In this document: positions 26,561 to 40,020 of the stretch, piece by piece
Numbering within the stretch: position 1 is the stretch's first letter
How the letters are laid out: each line of letters opens with the position of its first letter
Assembly (NCBI GenBank): GCA_964270895.1
Contig: OZ185441.1
Strand: one strand, 5' to 3'
Length of the DNA: 64,000 nucleotides
DNA from: Podarcis filfolensis
Taxonomy: Eukaryota
The notes under the pieces: model-generated
The model's database searches: none
What the model saw: only the letters and a program-made list of their open reading frames with translations
Told to the model about the DNA's origin: nothing
Position numbers and translations under genes: made by a program

Positions 26561-28604
26561 GAGGCACTTTGCCCCCCCCCCAAATAAATGTTTGGGTTTT
26601 CTGCAGATTGATGTTTGTTCTGATTAAACAGTAAGCAACGGGTTTTCCTGGGGAAAACAGCAGGACCAAAAAAACCTCTCTGACACTTGAAATCATGAGA
26701 CAAAGGGAAGTGCAGATGGACCCTGAGCCACAAATGTCTTAACTCTAGAACCAGGCACTTGTTTTTCAAGTTGCCAATAGCAGGGTTGTGTACTTTTAAA
26801 AAAGGTTTCTGCTCCAGTGTCTTTTACTAGGGTAATCAGAAGCTTTTAAAAGAAAGCTGATGTAGAGCCATGGCAAAGAGACAGAGTGCTGACTCAGGAA
26901 GGCCCTGGTTCAAATGTCACCTCTGCCATGAAGTCATAATAAGGTAGCCCCAGGCAAGCCAGCCTTGCTCTCATCCTCTGCCTTCCCAAACACTGCCACT
27001 GCAATCTGGAGGCTAACACTTACATCAAAAGTGTTTACATCAAAACAGTGCAGGTGGAGCACTGGTACAGATGTTTCTTATCTCTGCCCCTACTCTTTGT
27101 ACCTTTAACATCAGCCTGACATGGAGAAATATCTGGCATAAATATTCATGGTGGGGTGAGCTTTACCAGTTGTGGTCACCCTAGTACCTTGTACCCAATT
27201 ACATTGAAAGAAGTAACTTGGGCCATTAAAAATACTAATTATGGCAACATGCCTACTTTTGTCATTCAGAAAACTCTTTAGTAACAGATGTTTAAGCATC
27301 TATTGGCCAATTGAACTTGACAGTCCTTTGATTGCGAAACCAACAATGGAGACACACCTGTCCCTGAGCAGAGTTTTTTAGAACTTCCAGGAGCAGGAGA
27401 CATACAAAGCGGATTTACTGGATATACATTCTGATATATTCTTATTTTGCTTAGGGAATTGACACAAGAAAGCTGGTGTCCACCAGAGTTGTGTTGCACC
27501 CGCTGCCTACCCAGTTCATAAAAATACTGCAAATTGGATAAATCACCTGGCTGTTTTTAATAATAATAATATCCTACAAAATATGGAATATATTAAAGAG
27601 GTAGCTTAGGGTAAAAAATGGAGGCACGTAATGCCTGCATCTGAATAGATCTGAGATGCTTGTCCCCGCAGGCTTCTGCAAACTGAACTGCAGCTGTACA
27701 AGCAGGAATACATTATGCGAAACCTTTTGCTCTCATCACCACATCTGCATAATTGGGGAAAGTGCCAGTAGTTGAAACTTTTCCCAGTTGCACAGATGCC
27801 TAATGAGAGGGAAAGGCTTCACTTGCAGAAATCTCCTTACACACCTGTTAAAGGCTCAGAAAATCTGCCAGAAAATGTTGGCTACTCCAATCCAGAATGC
27901 AGTAAATATACTGTACTGTAGTAAAATAGGTCACTGAGTGTTTGATAAAGGGCTTTTTGTTCCTAGATTAGAAGCAACATCATCATAGAAGGCAGCATTC
28001 TTCAGCCCTCAAGGAAAAGCTCAGTTTGAGCTTCCTGGTTGTCCAGACTTGCTGCTGCTGCTGCAGCAGAGCTGCCAACTTTTCAGCCAGTCCCTTTAGC
28101 TCTTCCTTAACCATTTGAGCTACAGCAGTGAACAGGTGATTTGCTCCATGGCATGGAAAGCTTCACTTCTGATTTCTTCCAGTCAGACCCCTGTTAATGG
28201 CACAGGAGCATTTTTCCCCCAGAGCAGTTGCACATCTGGCCATTTCCAAATTTTAGATCAGTGTTTGGCACGATCAATGTATATTCTCAGTGGTTTAATT
28301 TCATTTCATCTTGGTCTACTGTTTCTGCCCCCAGTTCAGCAAAGCTTGTAGATAAAAAATGGGGAGGGGGAGGCTCTTGATACTCAGGGGTTTGTCTGTT
28401 CACTTTTTGGCTGGAAATTGGACAAGATGGGCCCACATCCTCTTTGGTGGCATCTTTCCTCCTTTGGGTCCAGCCCCACACTACTGGTGAAAGAGAGAGG
28501 TGGGGGTGGCTGCTGTTTCTGTGACTTCTCCTCCTCCTTGCTCTTGCCCCTGCTCAGACGCCTGGAGTGGCAGGTGTGGTTCAGCTCCTGTTGATTTGTG
28601 GCGG

Positions 28605-28747
28605 TGGTTAGATCATGGTGCTGATAATGCCAGGGTTGCCATTTCAGTCTTCATAGGGGCAGCTGCATAATCCTGCATTGCAGCGGGTTGGACTAGATGA
28701 CCCTCAGGGTCTCTTCCAACTCTACAAGTCTACGATTCTATGATTCC
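28605..28747 (+). mobile_element. tRNA-derived SINE with CR1-like tail
   Basis: ggtgctgataatgcc head remnant, gggttggactagatgaccctcaggg...ccaactcta body, gattctatgattc tail. Confidence 0.6.
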
Positions 28748-31700
28748 TTCACATCATTGGATGCTTCCTGGGGTTGTGTGTGCTTGTGTGTTTCCTAGAG
28801 TGGCAGTGGACCGGATAGCAACAGCCAGACAGGGCCTTCTCACTTGTAGCACCCCTTGTGGGGCTGTCTCCTAGGAAGGCTTGCCTAGTGCCTCCATTAA
28901 TATCTTCTAGTCACCTTTTTATTTCCCCAGGTTTTTACCTTCTGGTGCATTTTTATATATCCGCTTGGATTGTTTGTTGTGCTCTCTCAACCATTTTATT
29001 GGTGATTTGTGTTTTGCAGTCTGCAAGCTGTTGTAATACTTCCTTGGGAACTCTTAACTGAAGAGCAGCATAGAAATGTTTTAAGCCAATGAATAGGATT
29101 TAGCGGTGGACCCTCTTCTGTTGGGCCTTCGGTCTCTGTGGGTGCCTAGTAATGCTGATCCATGGCACCAGCCCTAGTCCTCGACTAGTTCCACTACATT
29201 TTCTAAGCATTTGCTTAAGTAGTAACTAGGACCTAAGACATCTTTATCCAGTCTTATGCTCCCCTTAAATGGAAATAAATCTGCAATTTTTAACACTATT
29301 ACACAATTGTCTGTAGTCCTGTTCTCTCAAATAAGTGATCTCTGCAGATTTGATAACTGTGTAGTAATCCGTGCGATTGTCCGTATTTTTTCCAGCGAAT
29401 CACCTGTGCCTTTTAAGTGTATGAAAGCAGAAATTCTGCAAGTCCGTCCCCCCCTTGCATGGAGTGATAATGAAAGCCTCCAATAACTGTGATGAGGCAG
29501 AGGAGCACTGCTAGGGGGGGAAATGTGGCGATCCTAATTGTCTATAATCGCCTGCAATCTACTGTCTATATTTAAAGCTGCTTCTTATCATTGGGACAGT
29601 GCTAATGAGGGATTTTACTAGAAGCTTAACAGCAGCTGTCCATTAGTTTCCCTGGGCAAAGGTGACCAATTGTATCCTTACAACCTGTAGGGTTGCCACC
29701 TTTCTCACTGGCACTGCTTCTCCACCTTTAATAGCAGGTGAAGCTTCTCTTGGCAGGAAGAGAAAATTATGGGGAAAGCTCCACCCAATACTGTTTTTGA
29801 AGGTACAGAAACAGTATTGCTGTTTTTAAAGTAGCAGTCCATTCCTCCCCGCCCCCACACATATACACATTTCCCCCCGTCACACAACTGCATTTTAATA
29901 AATCAGTCTAACGTGATATTTCTTGAAATCTGATTGCAAATGGTGTCTGTGGCTCACAGTGCAGTTCAGAGATTTTTTTCCCGGGGCAAGAGAAACTCAG
30001 TGGATACTGAGAGACATAATTAGCAGGCAGGTGCTTGAAATCATTTGCGCCGTACCAGAATTCTCTGGAGTTACCAATGAAGTACTGCGAGAGTAGGGCT
30101 GCCACCTTGTCTTACTTGCCTTTAACGGCCAACCTTGCACTAGAACTGCCCATTTTTCAACTGGCCGACGTAGCTGTGCTGTGTGTCCGTATGCAAGCTC
30201 ATTGGGGTCAGCGTCTTTCTTCCTAGTCAGTAGCCCAGGAGTTTGTAGGTGGCATCTCCAGAGGTACTTGCAATGCAAGATCTGCTCAGTGTTTGAAATT
30301 GCTCTCTTCCCTCCCTACCATCCACTGCCACTCCATTGCCTTTCTGTTCTGAAAGGTGTTCCCCCCCTTCCCCTCCTTATACATGCAAAAATAGACAATG
30401 AAGGACCTTGGCTAGAAAGCCTCGCTTCCTTTTCCGATCCCTGCCTTGCCCTGGGTGAGGAGGCCATTGGTCCACTGAGCTCACCCTAACTGGCAGTGGC
30501 TCCCCAAGGTTCTCAGGCAAAGCTTTTCTGCCCTTCTGGCCAACATCCTTTTAATGAAAACATTGCACCAGGGACCTTCAGCACGACAGCACATCCTCCG
30601 CCATGGCCTCTCCTCTTCTCTCGCAAAAGAAAATCCAGCGGAACTAACACATTCCATAGAAAATGCCAGTTAAATGCAGCACAGACATACAGTGGTTTAA
30701 TGGAAGAAGTGTTTGTGATGCAATTGATGTAGCACGCATACACAGCAGGTTGCCATAGAAACTGCCAGTGTGCTAGATACAGGAGGGCCTCCTAGCCTTC
30801 GGAAGATGCTGAGCTGTAATGGCTAGAGCTCTGCCAAATCAGGAAACATTTCTTGTTTTTATTTAAGCCGAAGAGCGGATTAATTCATACCAGTACTTTG
30901 CATTCCTGTTCTCGCCCCCCTCTGTCTTTCACACCAAGTGTGTGAAAATAACACAGTGACAGAGGAAGGCAGGGTTGTACTTTACATTATATATAGCATA
31001 ACTGCATAACGTAACATATAATATTTTCTAGTTTGTTCTAATTCTGTCTGCTAACTAGCCTTTTCTGGGTTGCCCCCACTGTGTGAGGAGACATGGCTTT
31101 TTTGGTTTGAGCACCCCAACCGGGGGGACATTTGCCTATGCGGGAAACATAGTCAAGAGTGCTGCCTATGTGCCAAGCTTCTTTGTCATATCCTGCAATT
31201 CTTGGCACAGTAACTGATTTGCTGTTCCACCCTTTTTGAACGTAGGATGATTCTGAAGAGTACAAGGCAGTATACACACTCATACAAAGCAGCCTTATAT
31301 TTTTATTCTGCTTTCCCACTTGTTTATTAGATCCTCTACTTTTATTGATTGCACTATTTCTATTAGTTCCATTTAAGCCTCCCTAGGTAGTTGGCTGGCT
31401 GAAAGGCAGAGTAAAAATGTATGGCAGTAAGTCCCATTGAGTTCAACAGGGCTTTCTCCTGGGTAACTGGGCATAGGATTACACCCTAATAAAGACAAGC
31501 AATTACTCTGGTAGCTGGCAGTCTGTTTTATGTTCAGACTTTTCTACTATCTTCTAAACAAACTTAAGATGGCAAGTTTTATTTCCTTGTTTTTAATTAG
31601 AAACTATCTCAGTTAAGTTTTCTCTTTTTTAGAACAATACGGATTATTTTCTTGATAAATGGTTCTTTGGGAATAACTGTAAATATCATTTCAGCCAACA

Positions 31701-31919
31701 GCATATTTGGTGTTCAAAACGTAGACATTGCATTATTCTTAGCAAAGAAACCAACACTATTCCTGGTGTTAAGCCAAAGAAATAGAAATACTGCTGGTGT
31801 ACAGTTGTCATGGCCAGACTACCTTCTGGTGAGGCTTTGGCCTCATAGCAATAGTTATCTCCTGTGTGAGCTCATTAAGATGATATTGACAAGCCGGAAT
31901 GTGTATAGAGGAGGGCAGC

Positions 31920-32190
31920 CAAGATAGTTAAGGGTCTGGAAACCAAACCTTATGGGGAATGGTTGAGAGAGTTGGGTATGTTAGCCTAGAGAAGAGGAGA
32001 CTGAGAGAAGATAGGTTAGCCATTTTCAAATCCCCCTCGGGAGGTTGTGGACTCTCCTTCCTTGGAGGTTTTTAAGTAGAGTTTGGACGGCAATCTGTCA
32101 TGGATGTTTTAGATGAGATTCCTGCTGCATTGTAGGGAGTTGGACTAGATGCCCCTTGGGACCCTTCAAATTCTATGATTCTATGAAATA
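31920..32190 (+). mobile_element. CR1 LINE 3' fragment with internal deletion
   Basis: Coding remnant like GLETKPYGEWLRELGM..LEKRRLR, then ggactagatg...ttctatgattctatga CR1 terminus. Confidence 0.8.
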
Positions 32191-32249
32191 TCTAAAGGGC
32201 AGTAGTGTGCCCATTCTTGAAGGATCCTACCCTGGACCCAGAGTTTTAT

Positions 32250-32400
32250 GACAATACTGCTTTGTCACAAACACCCTGTTTTAGGTGAAGGTTCTAGAGA
32301 AGCTAGTGATAGCTCAACTCCAGGTACTCTTGGAAGAAGCAGATTATCTGGACCCGTTCCAATCTGGGTTTAGGAAATGAACTGGCCTCAGTCACCATGG
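32250..32400 (+). mobile_element. L2 RT fragment
   Basis: gcagattatctggacccgttccaatctgggtttagg encodes ADYLDPFQSGFR. Confidence 0.6.
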
Positions 32401-33079
32401 TGGATTGTACTCTTAGTAAGTGCCCAGTGATTACTTTTTAAAAAGTATTTTAGAGTATATTGCGGACATTGGGAAAGCATTGAAGGACAAGCAGTGATGG
32501 AGTTGCATGGTTGTCCCTACAGCTGCACTTATTTGGAAGTAAGTTCTGATTACTTTGAATCAGTGGGACCTGCATGTAAGTGTACAAATAAGGTCAGACT
32601 ATAAATCAATGCAAGAAGTAGACACCAGGATATTAGAATTAGCTGAGTCAACCGCTCAAGTAACAGTTTTACAGGCAGTGTAAAGTGGTTCTACAGCTGA
32701 AGGGATCTGCTTTGGCATCTTGATTTGGTAGAAAGTGCTGCCAATTTCCCCGTCTCCCATACCTCCTTTTGTTTTAATGTAAGCAGCAAATAGAGCTTTG
32801 TGGGTCCAAAAGCCTTTGATTGCACCCCTTCATGGATGTGACTTGATAGAAGGGGGGGGGAGTTTTATTTTCCCATGGCATTGTGCCACTTATTGTTAAA
32901 AAATGAAATATATATGAAACACGGCTTTTCAGGAATGAGAGAGAAACAGTGGGTCTCCTAATCCATCTGGAACCTTGCACCCTGACATGAAACTCCTGGC
33001 TCACAGTTTCAGAAGAAAGGAGTAACAGTCTACCATTACTTATTGTCAGGATACAGAGGCACATACTCAGGCACAAATG

Positions 33080-33430
33080 CATTACAGATGCTCCAAGTGT
33101 CCCTATTTTCCAGGGATGTCCCTGATTTAGAGAAGCGATCCAGGTTTCTCATTTGATCCCGGAATGTCCCACTTTTCCTTAGAATGTCCCTATTTTCATT
33201 GGAGAAATGTTGGAGGTTGTGGAGTTATCTGACCCCTGAGCCATCTGAACGCAATCCTGTATAGGGAAGTTTTTTTCAATGTTTCATGTTTTATTATGTT
33301 TTTATATATGTTGGAAGCTGCCCAGAGTGCCTGAGGCAACCCTGTAAGATGTGTGGGGTATAAATAGTAAAATTATCATTATGGAATGGAACATCCCTGT
33401 TCTCATCGGAGAAATTTTGGAGGGTATGAC
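33080..33430. mobile_element. Composite MITE-like element containing an L2 3' tail
   Basis: gtccctattttc...ggagaaatgttggagg subrepeats flank an L2 terminal segment; second copy at ~1385-1555. Confidence 0.6.
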
Positions 33431-34077
33431 AACATAATGTGTAACTTATGTGTTGAGCTTCTTAACTGTGTTCAGCAAGTTATTGTCAGTATCCTAAGTG
33501 CACTAAGCGGGCAACGTGCCCTGCTAAACAACATGCCCAGTTATTGGGGATTGGGGCTCGAATAACAGTAAATTCCAGAGGGGTAGACCTGTGAGCAGCA
33601 AAAATAACAGATGTTTTTGTCATTATTGCGGCATGTGCTTTGTGAATCATGAGTTGCATGAAATACTGAGGAGAAAACTTCATGCATCTGCCAAAGTAGG
33701 CTCTAGTCCACAAAAGCTAATGTCACAATAAATCTGTTTTAATGTGCCATAAGACACTGTTGTGTACCAGAGAGAATGTCTGTAGGAAAAGTTTTTTTTC
33801 TTTTCCTTGCATAACAAGCACTCTTGCACAACTTTTAAAGGGACAGTAGGTTTGCTTTGCAGTAGGTTCCCAGTTAAGGGTACACCCATGAAGAAATTAG
33901 TCCCTCAAAAAAGGATACCTCCCTTGTACCTTGGGCTTTCTCCCCCCCCAACCCCCCCCCCCCACTAAGAATAGACTGTGCTGTGTGTGCTTTGTGGAGG
34001 AAGCAATCCCTTAGATTGTTAACCCTGTGTCTACTCTGCCTCTTTTTAATGTTTCCTTTGCTTTGTTTTCTCCTTAG

Positions 34078-34166
34078 GTCTCAGAATGGGGATGAGAATG
34101 GGACTTGGCCAAACAACCAGTTTGATACCGAAATGCTACAAGCCATGATTCTTGCATCAGCAAATG
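34078..34166 (+). CDS. PCDHG: PCDHG constant exon 2 (89 bp)
   Basis: Long pyrimidine tract and tccttag| acceptor. Encodes (G)[29 protein letters not shown](E). Donor G|GTCAGT. Phases fit exons 1 and 3. Confidence 0.97.
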
Positions 34167-35025
34167 GTCAGTTGCAGCTAACATGTTCACTAATGTTATT
34201 ACTTTCAGCTGTGCTGGGAGTGAGCGGAGGGCGGGGGGAAGGATATTTAATGTACATGCCTGTAAAAGTTTATACAGAAAGCTTGTACTAAAACAGCTTC
34301 AGGGTTATGGCAAGAGAGCCAAGGTTTGCGTGCTTCCTGAATAGTGTGCCGCTATTTATCACCATACAGAATTCCATGGCAAATGGGCAGCTGGCTGGTT
34401 TGCAACTCTTTGTAGATTAAAGGGCTTCTTTGTTCTTAGAAGAACTCTAATCTCTTAGTCAATTAATGTTTGTATACAGGATTTTTTTCTTTAAAAAAAA
34501 CCTCAACATAAAAATAGCTGGAGGCGGGTTCCCAAATATTGTTCGCATAGCTGCCTACACATCTTAAACAGTCCTGGTTAACAGTTGCTCAGGCTGGTTT
34601 AGGACACTGACACGCATCTTTGGAATTAAAGCATTTACATTTTAAAACAGAGAGGGTTAGAATGCGGAAGTTCACTTCAGCTCTGAAATGTGTCTTGGTA
34701 AAAATAGCTTTAGGGGGTCCATATGTTCACCACTGTCTCTCAGCAAATCCAGATCCAATTTCCTTGCTTTGCGAATTAAAGGATTGCTTTTGAGCTGTCT
34801 TCTGCACAGTTCCAGGGACCAGGAAGTCGGAAGCTGCCCCACAAATTGCAGATTGCCTGATGAGCAGTGGCAGACAAGCCAGCGTTTAACTTTATAAAGA
34901 GAATCTCAGACAAAAGTCTCACAATTTATTTTTTTGTTGTTAATGTTTATTTGTCACTTTTCTAACACAGAAGAGTGTCCCAAAGCAACTTAACTGGATA
35001 AGAGATTAAAACTCTGTATACAATA

Positions 35026-35254
35026 CAGTCATACCTTGGGTTGAAGTCGCTTCAGGTTAAGTCTTTTCGGGTTGCACTCCGCGGTGACCCGGAAGTAATG
35101 GAGTGTGTTACTTCCAGGTTTCGCTGCTCGCGCATGTGCAGGCGCTCAAAATGACGTCATGCGCATGTGCGAATCGCAAGACGCGGGTTGCGTTCACTTC
35201 AGGATGTGAACAGGGCTCCAGAACGGAACCTGTTCGCATCCAGAGGTACCACTG
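35026..35254. mobile_element. Tc1/mariner-type MITE
   Basis: TA|CAGTcatacct ... aggtaccACTG|TA: terminal inverted repeats with TA target duplication. Confidence 0.8.
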
Positions 35255-35374
35255 TACAATACCTTAGCATGCTGACCTATGAATATGAAAGCATCACTTA
35301 CTACCCTCCCAATTAATAGTCACAGCACTGGGTAAACAAATAGGTTTTAGTCTGGTGCCTAAAAGCAAACAACA

Positions 35375-35872
35375 GTGGTACCTCGACTGGTGACTGGGGG
35401 CGGCCGCCGAGACCATATAACACCGGTCTTGAAAGACCTACATTGGCTCCCAGTACGTTTCCGAGCACAATTCAAAGTGTTGGTGCTGACCTTTAAAGCC
35501 CTAAACGGCCTCGGTCCAGTATACCTGAAGGAGCGTCTCCACCCCCATCATTCTGCCCGGACGCTGAGGTCCAGCGCCGAGGGCCTTCTGGCGGTTCCCT
35601 CATTGCGAGAAGCAAAGCTACAGGGAACCAGGCAGAGGGCCTTCTCGGTAGTGGCGCCCGCCCTGTGGAACGCCCTTCCAGCAGATGTCAAAGCGATAAA
35701 CAACTACCTGACATTCAGAAGACATCTGAAGGCAGCCCTGTTCAGGGAAGTTTTTAACGTGTGATATTTTATTGTATTTTTGGTTTTTATGGAAGCCGCC
35801 CAGAGTGGCTGGGGAGGCCCAGCCAGATGGGCGGGGTATAAATAATAAATTATTATTATTATTATTATTATA
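35375..35872 (+). mobile_element. L2 LINE 3' fragment
   Basis: ORF 35375-35764 (HITPVLKDLHWLPVRFRAQFKVLVLTFKAL...RAFSVVAPALWNALP) followed by an L2 3'UTR and (TAT)n tail. Confidence 0.9.
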
Positions 35873-35879
35873 CCTGGTG

Positions 35880-36750
35880 AACTTCCCAGGTGCATTTCAC
35901 AAATGGGGAGCCGCCACCCTCCACACCTCCCTCAGAGAAGGCACACCAAGAAGGACCTCTGTTGATAATTATGTGGGGTCACATGAGGAGTGGTGGTTCT
36001 TGAGGTATTGGGGTCCTGAGCCACATATGGCTATGTTAGTAAAAACCAGCACTTTGAACTGAGCCCAGAAACCAATTGGCAGCCCCTGCAGCCAGGCCAG
36101 AATTGGTGTTATATACTCAGATTGCCTTATCCCAATCAGCAATCTGGCTGCCAGCTTCTGAACTAGCTGCAGTTTCCAAACCATCTTCAAAGGCAGCCCT
36201 GTGCGTAACACATTAATCTAATTTAGAGGTTACCAGAGTGTGGATAACAAAAGTTATCCCTGTCCAGAGGTTATCACTTGTGCCTCAAGTGACACTAAAA
36301 GATCCAGAAGTAGCCCCAAACCGTGTACCTGCTCCTTCAGGAGGAGTGTTAACCCCATGCAGAACAGGCTGAACCCCAGCCATCTGGTTTAGTGAAGCAC
36401 CCAGTAACAGCACCACAGTCTTATCTAAATCAAGGTTGTTGGCTCCCATCTAATCCATTTATCAGTGCTAGGCACTTGTCTAGCATGTCCATCACAACTC
36501 CTGCAGCTGCAAAGAGGGAAACAGAGCTGCATATCATCAGCATAGTGCTAGCACTGCACTCCAAAATGCAAAGGGGCCTTACTCGGAGGTTTCATGTAGA
36601 TGCTGAATTGCACAGGGGATACAACTGACCCCTGTGGAACCCTACTTTGGAGGCTCCATGGGGACAAACAACAATCCACAAGCATTCCATTCTGTAAATG
36701 CAGCACATTCCCATCCACACTGGATCCAAAACACCACAACATTAGGTAAT
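35880..36750 (-). mobile_element. Older L2 LINE RT/3' fragment
   Basis: RVPQGSVVSP (ORF 36548-36742), YADDMQL near 36515-36545, WKLQLVQKLAARLL...AQFKVLV (ORF 35969-36211). Confidence 0.85.
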
Positions 36751-38740
36751 CACTTCACAAACTGGCTGTTATCTGAATGTTGAAATCCCTGACAATTGCT
36801 TATTTAATTACGTAGTTAAAATTGCAAAATGCACTAAAACTAATACTTCTGAAAACAATGTGTTTTCTGGATCAGGTTATTCAGAGGCTGACCTCAGTGG
36901 CACTTACTATCAAGGAAATGTGCAGAACTGCAGCATGCTTGCAAGTTTTAGATGTGATATCTTGCCTGGGGGTAAATACAGCTAGCTAATCATCACATTT
37001 ATCCTTGCTGAGCTGACATCTCCAAGTGGCTTGTCCACACGGAGCATTATTTAGCTGTTAATCCACTTTCCCCGTGCTCATAGGGCCAGCAGTATTGCCT
37101 CTGCCCATGGAGCCAGCTCCCACGGGAGCCAAGGCACCCAAAGGTCTCTTTAGCTCCCTCCCACTCAGTGAGACCAGGCAGGAGGAAGTGATCTAGCAGC
37201 TGCTTGCTCTGTGGGCAAGTCCAGACACAGACAAAGAGGAGTAAGTTGTGTAAGGAAAGAACACTGCCAAAGTCTGTCTTCCTTTGGCACCTTAGAGAGG
37301 ATGGAGGTAAAGGAGCTGCATGTCAGGAGGCAAAGAGGAGGACCAGTACTTTGCTGGGACCAAATGGGGAGCCCCCTAGCAAGGCTGGACAGATCTCCCA
37401 GGCGGGCCACCTGGTTTCTACCAGAGAGAGCCCACTCTGGATCTACAAAGGGGATCTGGTAGAAAGGGAAACAGAGAAGCTGTAGCAGTTCCTGGGGGGG
37501 GGGGAGGCAGGATCTAGCTGCCTGTGCAGCACACACATTTAAGAGATTTCGGTGCCTGCTATTTGCGGAACCTCTCTCCCAATAATGGGCTTAGTTCAGC
37601 AAAGCACACAAGCAAGCGAGATGCATTCAAGCAATCCTGCTGTTCACGTCAGTGCTTTCTAATGTCCATTTAAGCAGATTTCCCCCATTATTTTTGCCAA
37701 ATGGAGGTGGGAGGGGTTTATTAAGCATTCACTTCTTGTCTTAGCTGTAGCCTCTGCAAATCAACACGGATAGTGGTGAACGTCTGCTCCAACAGGCCCT
37801 GTTTGCCAAGTCCTTCTACACAGTCAGGGTTCATCCAGACTTTATTTGGTGCTGTGCATCTAGGCACAGGTCTGAGCTTCAAAGCTCTGTGTCCAAGCAG
37901 TTTTGTTTTGTTTTGGGTCCTGGTGCTTACCCCACGGAAACCTGCTCTTCACCGCTGAATCAGAGCAAAAGGCAATCGGAGTTTCTATGGATTGACATTT
38001 AATCTGATTCAGTGGTAAAACGTGGGTTTCCCCCAGGGAAAGCGCCAGGACAATAAACAAAACCAAATGCCGCTTGGCTATGGAGCTTTAGAGTGCGGAC
38101 ATATGCCTGGAAAGTGCAACACAAAAGAAAGCCTGGGTGAGCCCTAAATCACTGTCCTGAGTTTGTATTCCAGGGAGCGTGGCTTTTAAAAAATAGGTTA
38201 CTGTGTCTATACATTCACTGGATTTGCTGCTCGCTTTAGCTCCCCCCACCAAAGGCTCTGGAGATCACATCTCTGCCAAGCGACTGATGACTATCCAAAT
38301 GCTTCGAAATGTATTTGAGTTGCAGCTATTCTGCAGTAACTACAAGCAGATGCATTTGTCTAATAAAACAGTCTGTAATGTTGGGATGTTGTTTTTTTCA
38401 AAGGAAAGCTATTTTTGTTACGCAGTTTTAGCCCAACATACTGAATAGTGAATGTGAACAGCCATTCAGTCCATGGTGTGAGAATAGTGTCTGTATTTTT
38501 ATCTTTTAAGGCTATGAGGTTAATCTATTAGTTTCAAATGAAACTCTTTGAAATATTGACACTGCTGATTAAAATGCAGCTGTTTATATTTGACAGCTAC
38601 AAACGCAGATCATTTTTTTATCTTCACCTTATCCTTCAAAAAAATGTGAGGGTGCTGTGAGCTACCTATCTATGTGCAGGAAGGTTTTGGCAAGGAAGCA
38701 TTCAAAAAACAAATAAACAATAATGGTTGTTTCCCCCATA

Positions 38741-38974
38741 CAGTGGTACCTCGGGTTAAGTACTAAATTCGTTCCGGAGGTCCGTTCTTAACCTGAAGCT
38801 GTTCTTAACCTGAAGCACCACTTTAGCTAATGGGGCCTCCTGCTGCTGCCGCTGCGCAATTTCTGTTCTCATCCTGAAGCAAAGTTCTTAACCCGAGGTA
38901 CTATTTCTGGGTTAGTGGAGTTTGTAACCTGAAGTGTATATAACCTGAAGCGCATGTAACCCGAGGTACCACTG
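38741..38974. mobile_element. Tc1/mariner-type MITE
   Basis: Perfect 18-bp TIR CAGTGGTACCTCGGGTTA / TAACCCGAGGTACCACTG flanked by TA on both sides. Confidence 0.9.
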
Positions 38975-39327
38975 TATTTTGAAAATACAAAAATCTGAAG
39001 TGGCTGCTACATTTTATATTTACAAAATATGGGGGGTGGGGAGCTATGGTTGTTTTCTTGTCCCAGTAGCTGTTGGTGCAACCTGAAATCTGTTTTGCAC
39101 CCAATGGAGACTAATCTAAACACTCCCTGTACTCAAAAGTAGCATTTTTGTTTATCCTAAGAAAACTAATGTACTGTGGATGATATCCAGCTAAGACAGG
39201 GTAGATCCATTAAAATCAATAGACCTAGTTAATCCACTGATTTCACTGAGTCTAATCTGCGAATGACTAATGTTGGCTATCACCCTTTCCTTACAAGCGT
39301 TGTGCAGGATCCCATCATCTTCTAAGC

Positions 39328-40020
39328 CAGTGTTTCTCACACAGTGGCCCTTGGGCCACCTTCGGGGGGCCACATTGCCAGAGTCTGCCCTGGCCCCTAG
39401 CCATGCCACAGCCTTTGGGCTGGACCAACACCTCCATTTGTGCTGAGTAAAGGTGACCAGGAGACAAAGAAATTGGAGAGGGGGATCAGGGATGAGAGGA
39501 GAAGGTTTCCTTCCTCTGAAGGGAAAAGGCTAGAGGAGGTGTTGAATGAAATTAGAAAGCAAGATAACTGGGAATAGAAAGGAGGAAAAAGGAAAGAAAC
39601 TGGCAAGGGGAGAGGGGAGAGTTAAGTTGCAAGTTGTCTGTGAAAGGAGAATGGGAGATGAAATTAGAGGAGATGGGTGGGAAGGAAAATATATAAAAGC
39701 AAAGCCTTCTCTACCTAGAGCCTCTGGATCAGCAAATTCTACCTAAAATGGGGAGGTTGAGTCATAATACCCCAAATGTCAGTCCGTAGCCTGAGTAGAG
39801 CTGAGTTTTGAAGCACCTTGCCACAAGGAAAGGGCTTTGGTAAAGAATCTAGCAGTTTCCAAAGATGGATAAGATATCAGTAGAAAATATCTATCTCTGC
39901 CTTCATCTGCCACCACATTGTGACTGGCTCTGCCTGTACTGCCATTTTGTGACTGGTGGGCCTCAGTTATTTCCAGCCATCTCAAGGGGGTCCTGGGCAC
40001 AAAAAGTGTGAGAAGCCTTG
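39328..40020. mobile_element. hAT-type non-autonomous DNA transposon
   Basis: 15-bp imperfect TIR CAGTGTTTCTCACAC / GTGTGAGAAGCCTTG (3 mismatches); 8-bp TSD TTCTAAGC / TTCTAAAC. Confidence 0.7.

Noticed and set aside
30576-30596. TTCAGCACGACAGCAC RE1-like sequence in constant intron 2
   Set aside because: Half-sites are truncated and overlapping, not a known binding geometry.
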